From positions 43,090,001 to 43,154,000 of the forward strand of contig OZ024742.1 in the NCBI GenBank assembly GCA_964016885.1: 64,000 nucleotides of DNA, in the 5' to 3' direction. Positions 52,418 to 63,780 of this stretch are shown here, piece by piece (position 1 is the first letter of the stretch; every line of letters begins with the position of its first letter). The translations under genes and the position numbers were made by a program. Source of the stretch: Eledone cirrhosa (lineage: Eukaryota). The notes below the pieces were generated by a model. That model saw nothing but the letters and a program-made list of their open reading frames with translations. It had not been told where the DNA came from and did no database searches.

Positions 52418-52750
52418 AGTAACATTACATGATAGGGTACGTAGCTCAGAGAGCAGGGAGTCACTCCAAGTAAAGCCACTACATCTCCAAATTGAGATAT
52501 CACAGCTTCGATACAACAGACATTTTGTCAGAATGTCTAAGGAAAGAATTGGTGAACAGATTTTATGGGCAAAACCAACCAGCAGGTAACCTTGGAGTAG
52601 ACCATGAGAAAGATGGTTGGATAACATCCATGAGCTCAGTTGGTCTCCCTTGGGGATTCAACCAGATCAGTTGGAGACAGTTGCTTCAGACAGGACCCAA
52701 TGGAAGACGTGCTTGAGGACTCTACCTCCACAATCCTCCCAAGAAAAAGG
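52418..52750 (+). mobile_element. RTE-clade 3' fragment (family of 40975-41705)
   Basis: VTLHDRVRSSE...LRYNRHFVRMSKERIGEQILWAKP. Confidence 0.65.
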
Positions 52751-52824
52751 AAGAAAAGAAAAAAAAGAAAAAGGGATAATGAAAAAAAAAGATGGAGACG
52801 AAGAAGAAGATACATAATACATAC

Positions 52825-52937
52825 CTGGCATGAGGACGTAAAAGTGGAAAGATTTGTTGACAAACATTCAAAGTCCCAGTAAAATTACATCCTACAGTCA
52901 CCTCTGCCTGCTCAGTGAAGGGGGCAGTTGATGTTTG
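52825..52937 (-). CDS. CBR1: Carbonyl reductase-like exon
   Basis: TTCTAG| QTSTAPFTEQAEVTVGCNFTGTLNVCQQIFPLLRPHA |GTATG; 113 bp, not captured by the ORF track. Confidence 0.95.
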
Positions 52938-53177
52938 CTAGAAAAGAAATTACAAAATGAAGAGATATAGTTCATTCATTATTCTTATTGTTGCTAGTTT
53001 AGGGCAGTGGATGAGGCAAATTGTTAAAGCATTAGACAATAATGCTTTGTGGTCTTTAGTTAAAGCTCTTTCCCTTTTATCCTTCCAGGGTTGATAAAAT
53101 AAAGTACCAGTCAAATGCTGGAACCAATTTCCCCTCCCCACCAATGTAGATGTGTATGTTTATATATATATAGAGAG

Positions 53178-54455
53178 AGAGATGAGATACAGTTCCGATT
53201 TGTACCAGGTAAAAGTTCTACTGATGCTCTCTTCCTTGTGAGGCAACTGCAGAAGTACCTAGCTAAAAGTAAACCCCTATGCTTGGCATTAACTGGTGGG
53301 CTCCTAGAAAGCTAGGAGTAGATGAGTAGCCTATAAGGGCAGTACAAGCCATGTATAGAGGAACAGTCAGCAAGGTAAGAATTAACAACTATAGTGAAGA
53401 ATTTAGCGTGCAGGTAGGAGTACATCAAGGCTCTGTTCTTAGCCCTCTCCTGTTTATCATCATCCTGCAGGCTATAACTGAAGAGTCTAAAACTGGTTGC
53501 TCTTCTGTATGTCGATGATCTAACCCTTATAGCTGAATCTATGGCAGAAGTAGAGGAAAAATTCCAAACATGGAAGCAAAGCCTAGAATCTGAAGGTAAA
53601 GTCAACCTGGCAAAGACTAAAGTCCTAGTATGTAAAAAGGATAACAGGGCCCAGTTTCTCTCAGGGAAATGGCCTTACTCAGTGTGCAGAAATGAGTAAG
53701 TAGGAACTTCATCTTATGCCCCAAATGTAAACTATGGGTACACAAGAGATGTAGTGGAATTTCAGGTAGGCTAACAAAGAACGCAGGTTTTATATGTGGT
53801 TGTTGCACAGGTGCAGTAAGTAGCAACAGCCCACAGGATACTAACTCCTTTAAATGTCCAGAGGGCTCGGTAGAAATAGTTGATAGTTTCTGTTACCTGG
53901 GCAACCAAATTAGCAATGGAGGTAGATATTCCAAAAGTACGGTAGCTAGAGTGAGAACAGGATGGAGAAAGTTCAGGGAGCTACTACTACTGCTAGCCAC
54001 AAAAGGTTTTTTCCTTAAAATGAAGGGCAGATTGTATGATGTGTGTATACAAATAGCAATGTTACATGGCAGTGAGACCTGGATGCTGTGTGTAGAGGAC
54101 CTATGAAGATTAGAAAGTAATGAAGCCTCCATGCTTCGATGGATATGTAATAATAATATACATGAACAGCAAAACATAAATGAACTAAGAGAGAAACTGG
54201 GTATAAGAGGAGTCAGATGCAGTGTCCAGGAGAGGAAAATTGGTTGGTATGGACATGTGATGCATATGAAGGATAACAGCATGGGATAAAGATGCAGGAG
54301 GCTCAAGGTTGATGGAAGCTAAGGTGTAGGAAGACCAAGGAAGACTTATGATGAGGTGATAAAAGCTGACCTTGCATAATTGCACCTCTCGAAGGTGATG
54401 ACACAGGATCGAGATTTCTGACGTTATGCAGTAATATAGAAGACCCACCTTCCCA
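53178..54455 (+). mobile_element. Decayed RTE-clade LINE (RT to 3' end)
   Basis: FVPGKSSTDALFLVRQLQ, VGVHQGSVLSPLLF, a Cys-rich insert and LHGSETW. Confidence 0.85.
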
Positions 54456-54734
54456 TGTGCACAGGCTGAAGCATACATATAGTATTCCTCTCCAGCTTCC
54501 TCCCATGAACACAGACTGAAGCATACATCTGGTATGCTTCATAATAACTGTTGATTCCCCTAATCAGTAAGGATGTAGCCGTGAATGAAGTACATGTTCC
54601 CTTTTCTGTACTGGCTTTCATTGACTTATCTCTGACATTGGTTCATTTATTACTTCTGAAGAGATACATCTCTCATTATACATGCTAGGTTTAATATATA
54701 TCTATTCTTCCTTATATTTGTATTATTATTATTA

Positions 54735-54958
54735 GTCGATAAAATAAAGTACCAGTAACACACTGGGGTAAATTTAATCGACTTTCCCCTCCCCTTCAAA
54801 TTACTGGCCTTGTGCCAAAAGTAGAAACAATTATTTGCCAAGGTTAGCTTTGCCTTTCATCCTTATGGGGTCAATAAAATAAAGTATCAATAAAACATGG
54901 GGGTTGATTTAATCAACTTTCCTCTCCCACTAAATCAGAAATCATTATTATTATTATT
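54735..54958 (+). mobile_element. Two tandem Nin/Deu-core SINE fragments
   Basis: GTCGATAAAATAAAGTACCAG and TTTGCCTTTCATCCTTATGGGGTCAATAAAATAAAG. Confidence 0.65.
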
Positions 54959-54989
54959 GTGTTATTTCGTTTAGCTCAGTTCTGTTTCT

Positions 54990-55400
54990 CTATTGCCAGA
55001 TTCAGGACTTGACCCTAGTGCATTAGAGGTTTTCATTGAAGAGAGAGAACTCATCTGAGAATGTGTGCTGTTCCTAGTAACCTGATCTTCTGTAGCTCAT
55101 ATTTGCTGATCTTGTAGGTGCAGGTCTGAGGATGTGGGTATAAATCCTAATGCTCCTATTACAACAGGGATAGTGTTTGTGGTCATTCTCCACATACAGT
55201 TGATCTCTATTTCCAGGTCTTTGCATTTTGACAGTTTTTCCATTGTTTTTATAGATGTATAAGGAAACATCCGATCTGTTTGGTTTTTTCATGATGATAT
55301 CTGGTCTGTTGGCAGCGATTCCTCGGTTGGTCATCACAAGCATATCCCACAAGATGGATATGTTGCCCTTTTCCATGACTGTTTTTGGTTGATGTTCATA
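54990..55400 (-). mobile_element. R4/Dong-clade LINE RLE fragment
   Basis: ISILWDMLVMTNRGIAANRPDII...IPVVIGALG; (AAT)n lies downstream in element sense. Confidence 0.7.
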
Positions 55401-56204
55401 TCATTTATTATTATCATTATCAGTTCCACACTGTAAATGTGGTTGGTGTTAGGAAGGGCATCCAGTCATAGAAAACCTGCCAGATAGTCCTATATGAGCG
55501 AGACACGGTCACCCGACCAACCTTGCCTCAAGTGGAACAACTCCCGTTTAACCCATGCTAGAGTGGAAGATGGACGTTAAACGATGATGATGATGATGTT
55601 GATGATTATCATTATTATTGTTTATTCTATTTTGTCTATCCTAGCTATATATTATACTTTTTGCAGTCGTTTTTGTCCTCTTTTGCATACATATATCAGA
55701 GCATCTATAGGAATATGTCAAAGAAACTAAATGTAAGATTTATGCCTATCAGTGAAGTAAATAGCCAACAAACTTCTAGATTTAAAACTAAACTTTCTGT
55801 AAATCTATCTTCTAGGTCCTAGTAACCTGGTATAATTATTATTATTGTTATCTAAAACTAGTTAATAATTCTCCTAACTATAGGCTAAAATGTTATTAGC
55901 ACCTGGCTACTTGTAAAAAAAAAAAAAAAAATGCAGACTTTGTACTGTGAAAATATATTATACACACCTAATTCTACTTAGCATAGCCTGAGCAGATTTT
56001 ATACCGTAAACAGCATCCTGGGGGCTATTTAGTGCCCTCCCACCCCCAATGTTGACTTGGTAGGTGGAGTTATCACCCTCATGACACAAACACTAAAGAT
56101 AGTAACTATCAAGGGATCAAGTTATTGAATCAGGTCAGTTGCTGAAGGGGTTATTAGCACAACTAATTAGTGAAAAAAATCAAGTTACATGATTGGATTT
56201 ATTC

Positions 56205-58770
56205 CAGGTAAGAGTACAACGCTCTATAATCTTTTGGACACTTAGGAAGCTAGGCATAGACGATTGGCTTGTGGGAGTTGCGCAGACCGTGTAGAAAGGA
56301 GCAATCAGCAGGGTGAGAGTTGGCAATGAGTGCAGTGATGAATTTGAAGTGTAAGTGGAAAGAGAACCTAAAGTCAAATGGCTTAAAAGTAAATTAAGCA
56401 AAAGCGAAAGTCTTAATTAGTAGGAAAGAAGACATGAAGGTGGTACCTTCATGAAAGTAACCTTGTTTGATATGTCAGAAAGGGGTGGGCAGAAATTCAA
56501 AAAACCCGACAACCATCTGATCACCTATAGATCAAGGGAGCATTCTAGTCAGATAGATTTTATCCTCATCAGGACGTGATAGATGGACTGTTGTAAACAC
56601 AAAAGCCTTCCCTGGTGAGGAATGTACCTCCCAACATAACTTAGTTGTCAGCGACCTCACTGTCAAAACTAGACGAACTTGGAAACAGAAGGCAACCTGG
56701 AGAAGAAAGATCTGGAAGCTGAAAGACCCCTCAGCCAGTAACAGATTTAAAGATATTTTACTCGATGCCTATGACAGTAAAGAAGAACAGATAGAGACAT
56801 TCAATGTAGAAGAACAGTGGGAGTTCCTAAAAAATAACTTACTAAAGGCGATGGACGAAATCTGTGGTTGGAGCAAGACCACAGGCAGGAGGAGAGTGAC
56901 TTGGTAGTGGAACAATAAGGTAGATGAGGCAGTTAAGGCTAAGAGACAGGCATGAAAAGAATGGGAGAACGGGGGAAGCAGGGTACATTACATAGAGACC
57001 AGGAGGGAAGCTAGGCGACAAGTATACTTAGCTAGAAGGGAAGCGGAGGATAGAAAATTCAAGCATGTTTTGCAACATGAGTGACCAGAAACAGGTGTTC
57101 AAAACTGCAAGGCAGTGTGTCAGAGAGAATTGTGATGTCATTGGAGAGAAGTGTATCCGGAATGATAACGGTGAGCTTGCCCTCACAAGTGCTGAGAAGA
57201 AAGATGCATGGAAGAGCCATTATGAAAGATTACTAAATGAGGAGAATGCATGGGAAAAAGAGACCCTACCCCAAGTGGACCCTATAGAGGGGCCAGCAGT
57301 ACAAGTCAGCAGCAGCGTAGTAAGTAAGGCAATCAAAGATATGAAGACGGGGAAGGCAACCGGTCCATCGGGTATAGCTGCCGAGATGCTGAAGACATCT
57401 GGGTCGGTAGGTCACACCATAACCACACGTATTGTTAACCAGGTAATACTAGAGGGTGTCATACCAAAGGATTGGCGCAGAAGCATCATTGTCAACTGCT
57501 ACAAGAGTAAAGGTGATGCACTAGATAGAGGAAACTATAGAGGTGTAAAGCTGATGGACCAGGTTATGAAAATAATGGAAAGAGTTATAGAACAGCTGAT
57601 TAGGGACCGGGTAAAACTAGATGAGATGCAATTTGGGTTTGTACCAGGAAAATGCACCACTGATGCCCTCTTCCTTATGAGGCAGTTACAGGAAAAGTAC
57701 CGCTAAAAGTAAGCCGCTCTACTTGGCATTCGGCGATCTGAAAAAAGCCTTTGACAGAGTTCCCCGTGCTATAATCTGGTGGGCTCTTAGAAAACTAGGA
57801 GTAGATGAATGGCTTGTGAAAGCTGTACAAGCCATGTATAGGGAGCAGTCAGCAAAGTTAGGGTTAGCAATGACTATAGCGAGGAATTTAGCATACAGGT
57901 CGGTGTCCACCAGGACTCTGTTCTTAGCCCTCTCCTGTTCATTATAGTTTTGCAGGTAATAACGGAGGAGTTTAAGACTGGATGCCCATGGGAACTCCTA
58001 TATGCAGATGATCTCACACTTATAGCTGAATCTATGGTGGAACTAGAGAAGAAATTCCAAACATGGAAGCAGAGACTAAAAAGAAAGGGTCTCAAAGTCA
58101 ACCTGACAAAGACTAGGGTCCTCGTACGTAGACAAGAAAACAGAACCCAGATCCCCTCAGGGAAATTGCCTTGTTCAGTATGTAGGAAAGGCGTATGTAG
58201 GAACTTCATCTTCTGCCCCAAATGCAAACAATGGGTACACAAGAGATGTAGTGGGATCTCAAGAAGATTAACTAAGAATGTAGGCTCCACATGTAGCAGC
58301 TGTGCTGGGACAGCAAGCAGCAAACGACCAGAGGAAACAAGCACCACCAAACTCTGGGAGGGTTCTGTAGAAACAGTAGACAGCTTCTGCTACCTAGGTG
58401 ACCGAATTAGCAGCGGAGGTGGGTGTTCGGAAAGTACAACTAGGGTAAGAACGGGATGGAAGAAGTTCAGGGAGCTACTGCCACTGCTAGCTGCAAAAGG
58501 CTTCTCCCTCAAAATGAAAGGCAGACTGTATGATGCGTGTATACAAACAGCAATGTTACATGGTAGTGAGACCTGGGCGCTGTCTGTAGAAGACTTGTGT
58601 AGATTAGAAAGAAACGAAGCTTGCATGCTCTGATGGATGTGTAATAGTAATATACGCGAACGGTAAAGCATAAACAAATTGAGAGAGAGACTGAGCATAA
58701 GAGGAATCAAATGCTGTGTGCAGGAGAGGAGGTTGCGTTGGTATGGACATGTGATGCGTATGAAGACGTA
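56205..58770 (+). mobile_element. RTE-clade LINE (end of APE, RT, Cys-rich insert, C-terminus); 56205-56360 is a separate RT scrap
   Basis: SQIDFILI, QHNLVVSD, GKATGPSGI, GNYRGVKL, QFGFVPG, DLKKAFDRVPR, YADD, LHGSETW and LRWYGHV. Confidence 0.9.
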
Positions 58771-59211
58771 AAACAGTGATGATGATGATGATGATGATGA
58801 TCAAGCAATGTTAAACTAGTTTTTAATACTGTTGTACACTGTTGAATTAGTTGTCCTGTCAAAGGTGTACAAAATCACAAAGATATCCTATTGATAGCTG
58901 ATAATGGGATATTCCTTACTTATGTCATCCTTTTTTCAATTTCTCCATTCTTCATACTATTTTCCTTACACACATATACACAACCCAATGAGAAAGACTA
59001 TATAGTCCTTCAAACTGCTAAAAATAGCAAACAAAACTCCCCTGATTTATATCTTACCCTCTTTAAAAAAGTACAACCTAGATTAAGTAGTCCTAGATAC
59101 ATAATGTCTGAATTAATTTAAGATGATCATGACTGGAACACAGAATTAAGTTCAGCTGGAGCAAAACAACAATAACATCAACAACAACTAGAAGAGAACT
59201 GTAACAAATAC

Positions 59212-59390
59212 CGTATAAGCAATGCCAGCATTGTTGACAAGAATATCCAAACCTCCATAGGTTTTTTTCAAATGGTTTGCAAAAGCAGAAATACTTTGAG
59301 AGTCTGTGATGTCAAGTTGATGGAATTTGGCATTGCATCCTTCTTTGCCAAGTTCTGCAACAGATGCCTCCCCACGTCCAACATCACGAG
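59212..59390 (-). CDS. CBR1: Carbonyl reductase-like exon
   Basis: ACCAG| (A)RDVGRGEASVAELGKEGCNAKFHQLDITDSQSISAFANHLKKTYGGLDILVNNAGIAYT |GTATT; 179 bp, with NNAG and the ARD NADPH-type basic residue. Confidence 0.96.
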
Positions 59391-59427
59391 CTGGTAAATG
59401 AAAGAGAGATAATTGTAAGTAAAGGAG

Positions 59428-60825
59428 AATAAACTTGTTAATCAACAAGAGATGGTGAGTTGGTGGCTAACATTGAGGCTACACAATAAACTTGTTAGTT
59501 AACAAGAGATGGTGAGTTGGTGGCTAACATTGAGGCTTCACAATAAACTTGTTAGTTAACTAGAGATGGTGAGTTGGTGGCTAACATTGAGGCTTCACAA
59601 TAAACCTGTTGTTAGTTAACAAGAGATGGTGAGTTGGTGGCTAACATTGAGGCTTCACAATAAACCTGTTGTTAGTTAACAAGAGATGGTGAGTTGGTGG
59701 CTAACATTGAGGCTACACAATAAACCTGTTGTTAGTTAACAAGAGATGGTGAGTTGGTGGCTAACATTGAGGCTTCACAATAAACTTGTTGTTAGTTAAC
59801 AAGAGATGGTGAGTTGTGGCTGAGATTGAGGCTTCACAATAAACCTGTTGTTAGTTAACAAGAGATGGTGAGTTGGTGGCTAACATTGAGGCTACACAAT
59901 AAACCTGTTGTTAGTTAACAAGAGATGGTGAGTTGGTGGCTAACATTGAGGCTACACAATAAACTTGTTGTTAGTTAACAAGAGATGGTGAGTTGTGGCT
60001 GAGATTGAGGCTTCACAATAAACCTGATGTTAGTTAACAAGAGATGGTGAGTTGGTGGCTAACATTGAGGCTTCACAATAAACCTGATGTTAGTTAACAA
60101 GAGATGGTGAGTTGGTGGCTAACATTGAGGCTTCACAATAAACCTGTTGTTAGTTAACAAGAGATGGTGAGTTGGTGGCTAATATTAAGGCTTCACAATA
60201 AACTTGTTAGTTAACAAGAGATGGTGAGTTGGAGGCTAACGTTGAGGCTTCACAATAAACTTGTTAGTTAACAAGAGATGGTGAGTTGGAGGCTAACATT
60301 GAGGCTTCACAATAAACTTGTTAGTTAACAAGAGATGTTGAGTTGGTGGGTAACATTGAGGCTTCACAATAAACTTGTTAGTTAACAAGAGATGGTGAGT
60401 TGGTGGCTACATTGAGGCTACACAATAAACCTGTTGTTAGTTAACAAGAGATGGTGAGTTGGTGGCTAACATTGAGGCTACACAATAAACTTGTTGTTAG
60501 TTAACAAGAGATGGTGAGTTGGAGGCTAACATTGAGGCTTCACAATAAACTTGTTGTTAGTTAACAAGAGATGGTGAGTTGGTGGCTAACATTGAGGCTT
60601 CACAATAAACATGTTGTTAGTTAACAAGAGATGGTGAGTTGGTGGCTAACATTGAGGCTTCACAATAAACATGTTGTTAGTTAACAAGAGATGGTGAGTT
60701 GGTGGCTAACATTAAGGCTTCACAATAAACTTGTTGCTAGTTAACAAGAGATGGTGAGTTGGTGGCTAACATTGAGGCTTCACAATAAACTTGTTAGTTC
60801 AGATGAGATGGTGAGTTGGTATCTA
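59428..60825 (-). repeat. Same 60-bp minisatellite, inverted, intronic in CBR (roughly 23 units)
   Basis: AACAAGAGATGGTGAGTTGGTGGCTAACATTGAGGCTWCACAATAAACCTGTTGTTAGTT is the reverse complement of the unit at 1-10382. Confidence 0.99.
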
Positions 60826-60864
60826 AATTCCAGTTTTCACAGTAAACTGTTGTTAATCAAGATA

Positions 60865-61170
60865 TGTGAAGGCATGTAGCTTAGTAATTAAGGTGTCAAC
60901 TCATGACCTCCTTAGCTTGATTGGTAACGCATTGTCCTTGAGCAAGACACTTTATTTCACGTAGCTTTAGTCCACTCAACTGGAAAAAAATTACATGTAC
61001 CTGAAATTCAAAGGGCCAGACATATTACACTGAATCTCCCTGACAATTCCATTAAGGATATACATATCTGTGGAATGCTGAGCCACTTGCACATTGATTT
61101 TATGAAGAGGTTGTTCCATTAATCAAACATACGGAACACTTATCTTTGGAACTGACATAGGACAATTTCC
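60865..61170 (+). mobile_element. tRNA-derived CORE-like SINE
   Basis: GGCATGTAGCTTAG...TTGTCCTTGAGCAAGACACTTTATTTCAC; similar to 15900-16200. Confidence 0.6.
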
Positions 61171-61297
61171 CTGAATCAAAGAAAATACAGATCTTTTAAA
61201 GTTCTTTTCCACCTGCCCTCAAGAATGTCTTGAATAACTGTAACAATAAATATTAAAACTTCTCTTGGAGAAACATAACCATACATATTGATGTTTA

Positions 61298-61517
61298 TTT
61301 AACTCTTTAACATTTAAACCGGCTATATCTGGCTAGAATTCTCTCACTCCTTTCTCTCGTAACAGACCACTCATACTGATGTTAAGGTATTGTTCTCAAA
61401 ATAATAATTATCAAAATCTCACAGATTTAATATTATGTGAAATAATTATGTGGGGTAAAGCCTTTACCATGAAAATATAATAGTAAATATAGAGTAATGT
61501 AAATGTTAAAGGATTAA
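61298..61517. mobile_element. TTAA-flanked MITE (family of 42063-42806)
   Basis: TTAACTCTTTAACATTTAAACCGGC ... TAAATGTTAAAGGATTAA. Confidence 0.55.
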
Positions 61518-61579
61518 GAGAGGAACTCAGATACAATAAATACAAAAATATTTCTAAATACAAAGAATATTTAACATAC

Positions 61580-61661
61580 CTGTTGCTATCACATCTCCTT
61601 TGAACTTTTTACACAAAGCTCTTACAATGGCATAACCAATCCCTTTGTTGCTTCCTGTTAC
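61580..61661 (-). CDS. CBR1: Carbonyl reductase-like exon with the Rossmann TGxxxGxG motif
   Basis: CACCAG| VTGSNKGIGYAIVRALCKKFKGDVIAT-G |GTATG; 82 bp. The start codon exon was not found in the window. Confidence 0.95.
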
Positions 61662-62039
61662 CTGGTGAAAAAAAAAAAAACCTTTGTTGATTTATGCTCC
61701 AAATACCAGATATATGAATTTTGATGATTTTCAAAAGTATTTAAAAATATTAGAACAGCAAAATAGGTAATACCTCTGATTGATTAAAAAAAGTTTTCTT
61801 TCTCTTTATTTTTTCTGTTTTGTTTCATTACATATCAAAATTGATACACCACATGGAGGCTCCATGCAATTACAGCTTTGCTTGCTAGAGTCATCTAAAG
61901 TTTTAAATCAGTTGCAATGAAACTGTGAATGACCAGCTGGTTACTAAAATCAGAATGACAACAGCCCACCTGATGAGGGAGCCCTGTGAGGTAGGGTGGC
62001 AGTTGCAGCAGGTGCCTCTGGCCATTCAGTCCATGGGGC

Positions 62040-62425
62040 ACTGCTCAGGTAGGGTTCTCGCCACTGCTAACAAAATGAGTGAGGAGCTTGGCTGTCGGGA
62101 TCTCCAGGTCAATAGCTCCAAATGTGAGCTTTGGATCCTGAACCATCTGGCTTCTCAACATCAACAGACAATTGACCTGTTTGCAGAGTCCTTCCCTTCC
62201 ATTGTGGTCCCTCCCCCATCGGGTTGGTGCTCCTTAGGAGCCCCAATTACAGACCTTGACTTCAAGCCAATCTTCCTATCAAAGATGGTTGGGCTTGAGC
62301 AATTGTTGAAGAATATTGAAGCAATTCAAGCCCCATCAAGGTTTTTTCATGCTCAGAAACTACATTTCAATTCCCAAGCATCTATATATGCTCAGGGTCA
62401 GCCCATCTCACAGATTTTCGTCATG
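62040..62425 (+). mobile_element. CRE-clade non-LTR retrotransposon RT fragment
   Basis: DLQVNSSKCELW, SLGAPI and HQGFFMLRNYISIPKHLYMLR (frameshifted) are typical of CRE-type RT thumb regions. Confidence 0.6.
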
Positions 62426-62721
62426 CCTCCAACACTACATGCTTATGTGTTTTATTTTCCCTTTCTTTCCCTTTCCTTAGTATATATTATATTTGTATGA
62501 GTTTTTGTTTTGTGTAAGCATTATATTATTATATTTTTTATACAATTGTATTTATTATATGCGTTTATATTTTCATTCTGAAACAATTGCAAACAATTTG
62601 TAATATTATTTTTTGTAATTTAAATTTTACGCGAATTAAAATATATTCACGAATTTTATTCACAGTTGCATAAATAATATTACAAATTGCTCACAATTCT
62701 TTCGGAATAACATTACAAATA

Positions 62722-62912
62722 TAATTGTTTCTACTTTTGGCACAAGACCAGCAATTACGCAGTACATTACTGGTACTTTATTTTATCGATCCCATAAGGA
62801 TGAAAGGCAAAGTTAACCTCGGCGGGATTTGAACTCAGACCATAAAGGGTCGTAACTCTTTGCTGCAAAGCATGGCGTCCAACCCTCTACCGATACTGCC
62901 AATCCACTGCCC
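62722..62912 (-). mobile_element. Nin/Deu-core SINE
   Basis: Matches 12720-12909 and 49550-49732. Confidence 0.75.
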
Positions 62913-62915
62913 TTC

Positions 62916-63780
62916 ATCTCCTTATAATATATAACCAGCAATTTCTCTGTCTGTCTGTCCGACAGTGGAAACACGTGCGCGCGTGCGAATGTTTTTTGCG
63001 CACACGTAGAGAGAGAGTGAGAGTGAAAGAAAGAGACAGACTACGAGAGGGGGAGGGAGAGAGAGAGAGTGAATAGACGCTAAAACACGTGCGCGCGTGC
63101 GAATGTTTTTTGCGCACGCGTAGAGAGAGAGTGAGGGTGAGAGAAAGAGACAGACTACAAGAGGGGGATAGCGGGAGAGAGACGCTGGAAAAGGGGAAGG
63201 AAAGCTATGTCTTGCTGTCTGCATTACGATACATATACACACACACACACACTGATCGCGTCATAATGACGTAATGCAGACAGCCAGACATACAGACAGA
63301 TATTATAAGGGCGCAACGTTATATCTATGTATCTATCTAAAAAGAAAGACTAAGACTTATAGAGAGAGATCGCTAAATCGCCTAATGCGGTCCCTAGAGC
63401 ATTGAAAATTTGAAATATGTTTTGCTCAAAACACTCACAGGTCCCTAAGTATTACATGTGTAAAGTTTGAAAACAATCGGTTGGGTGGTTCTCAAGTTTT
63501 AGTGAGCTGACAGACAGACAGACATTCTCTGTTTTAGATATATAGACTAGCAGAAAACCGCCCACGAGTGGTTTTCTGCTAGTCTCTATATATATAAAAC
63601 GGTAGATGTCTGTCTGTGTGTGTGTATGATTTTTATGCATTTCCACATTTCTCTACCGATGTAGATGATTTTTTTCCAATGTGCTCCAAATTTACCAAGT
63701 CAGGTCAACGCGTAATAATTTTTGCCAAAAATGTCCTGCTTCTATAAAAAAAAAAAAATCAATAAATCTAAATACATGCT
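62916..63780. mobile_element. Cluster of non-autonomous Helitron-like ends with GA/CA microsatellites
   Basis: TC..ATATA..(CTGT)n starts at about 62917 (+), 63545 (-) and 63583 (+); CTAG hairpin at 63544-63585; duplicated AAACACGTGCGCGCGTGCGAATG at 62970 and 63083. Confidence 0.55.

Noticed and set aside
59445-60820. Each unit on this strand contains GTGAGT, GCTAAC and AG, resembling a mini-intron
   Set aside because: It is antisense to CBR, spans only about 23 nt from donor to AG, has no polypyrimidine tract and no open exon frame; probably chance.
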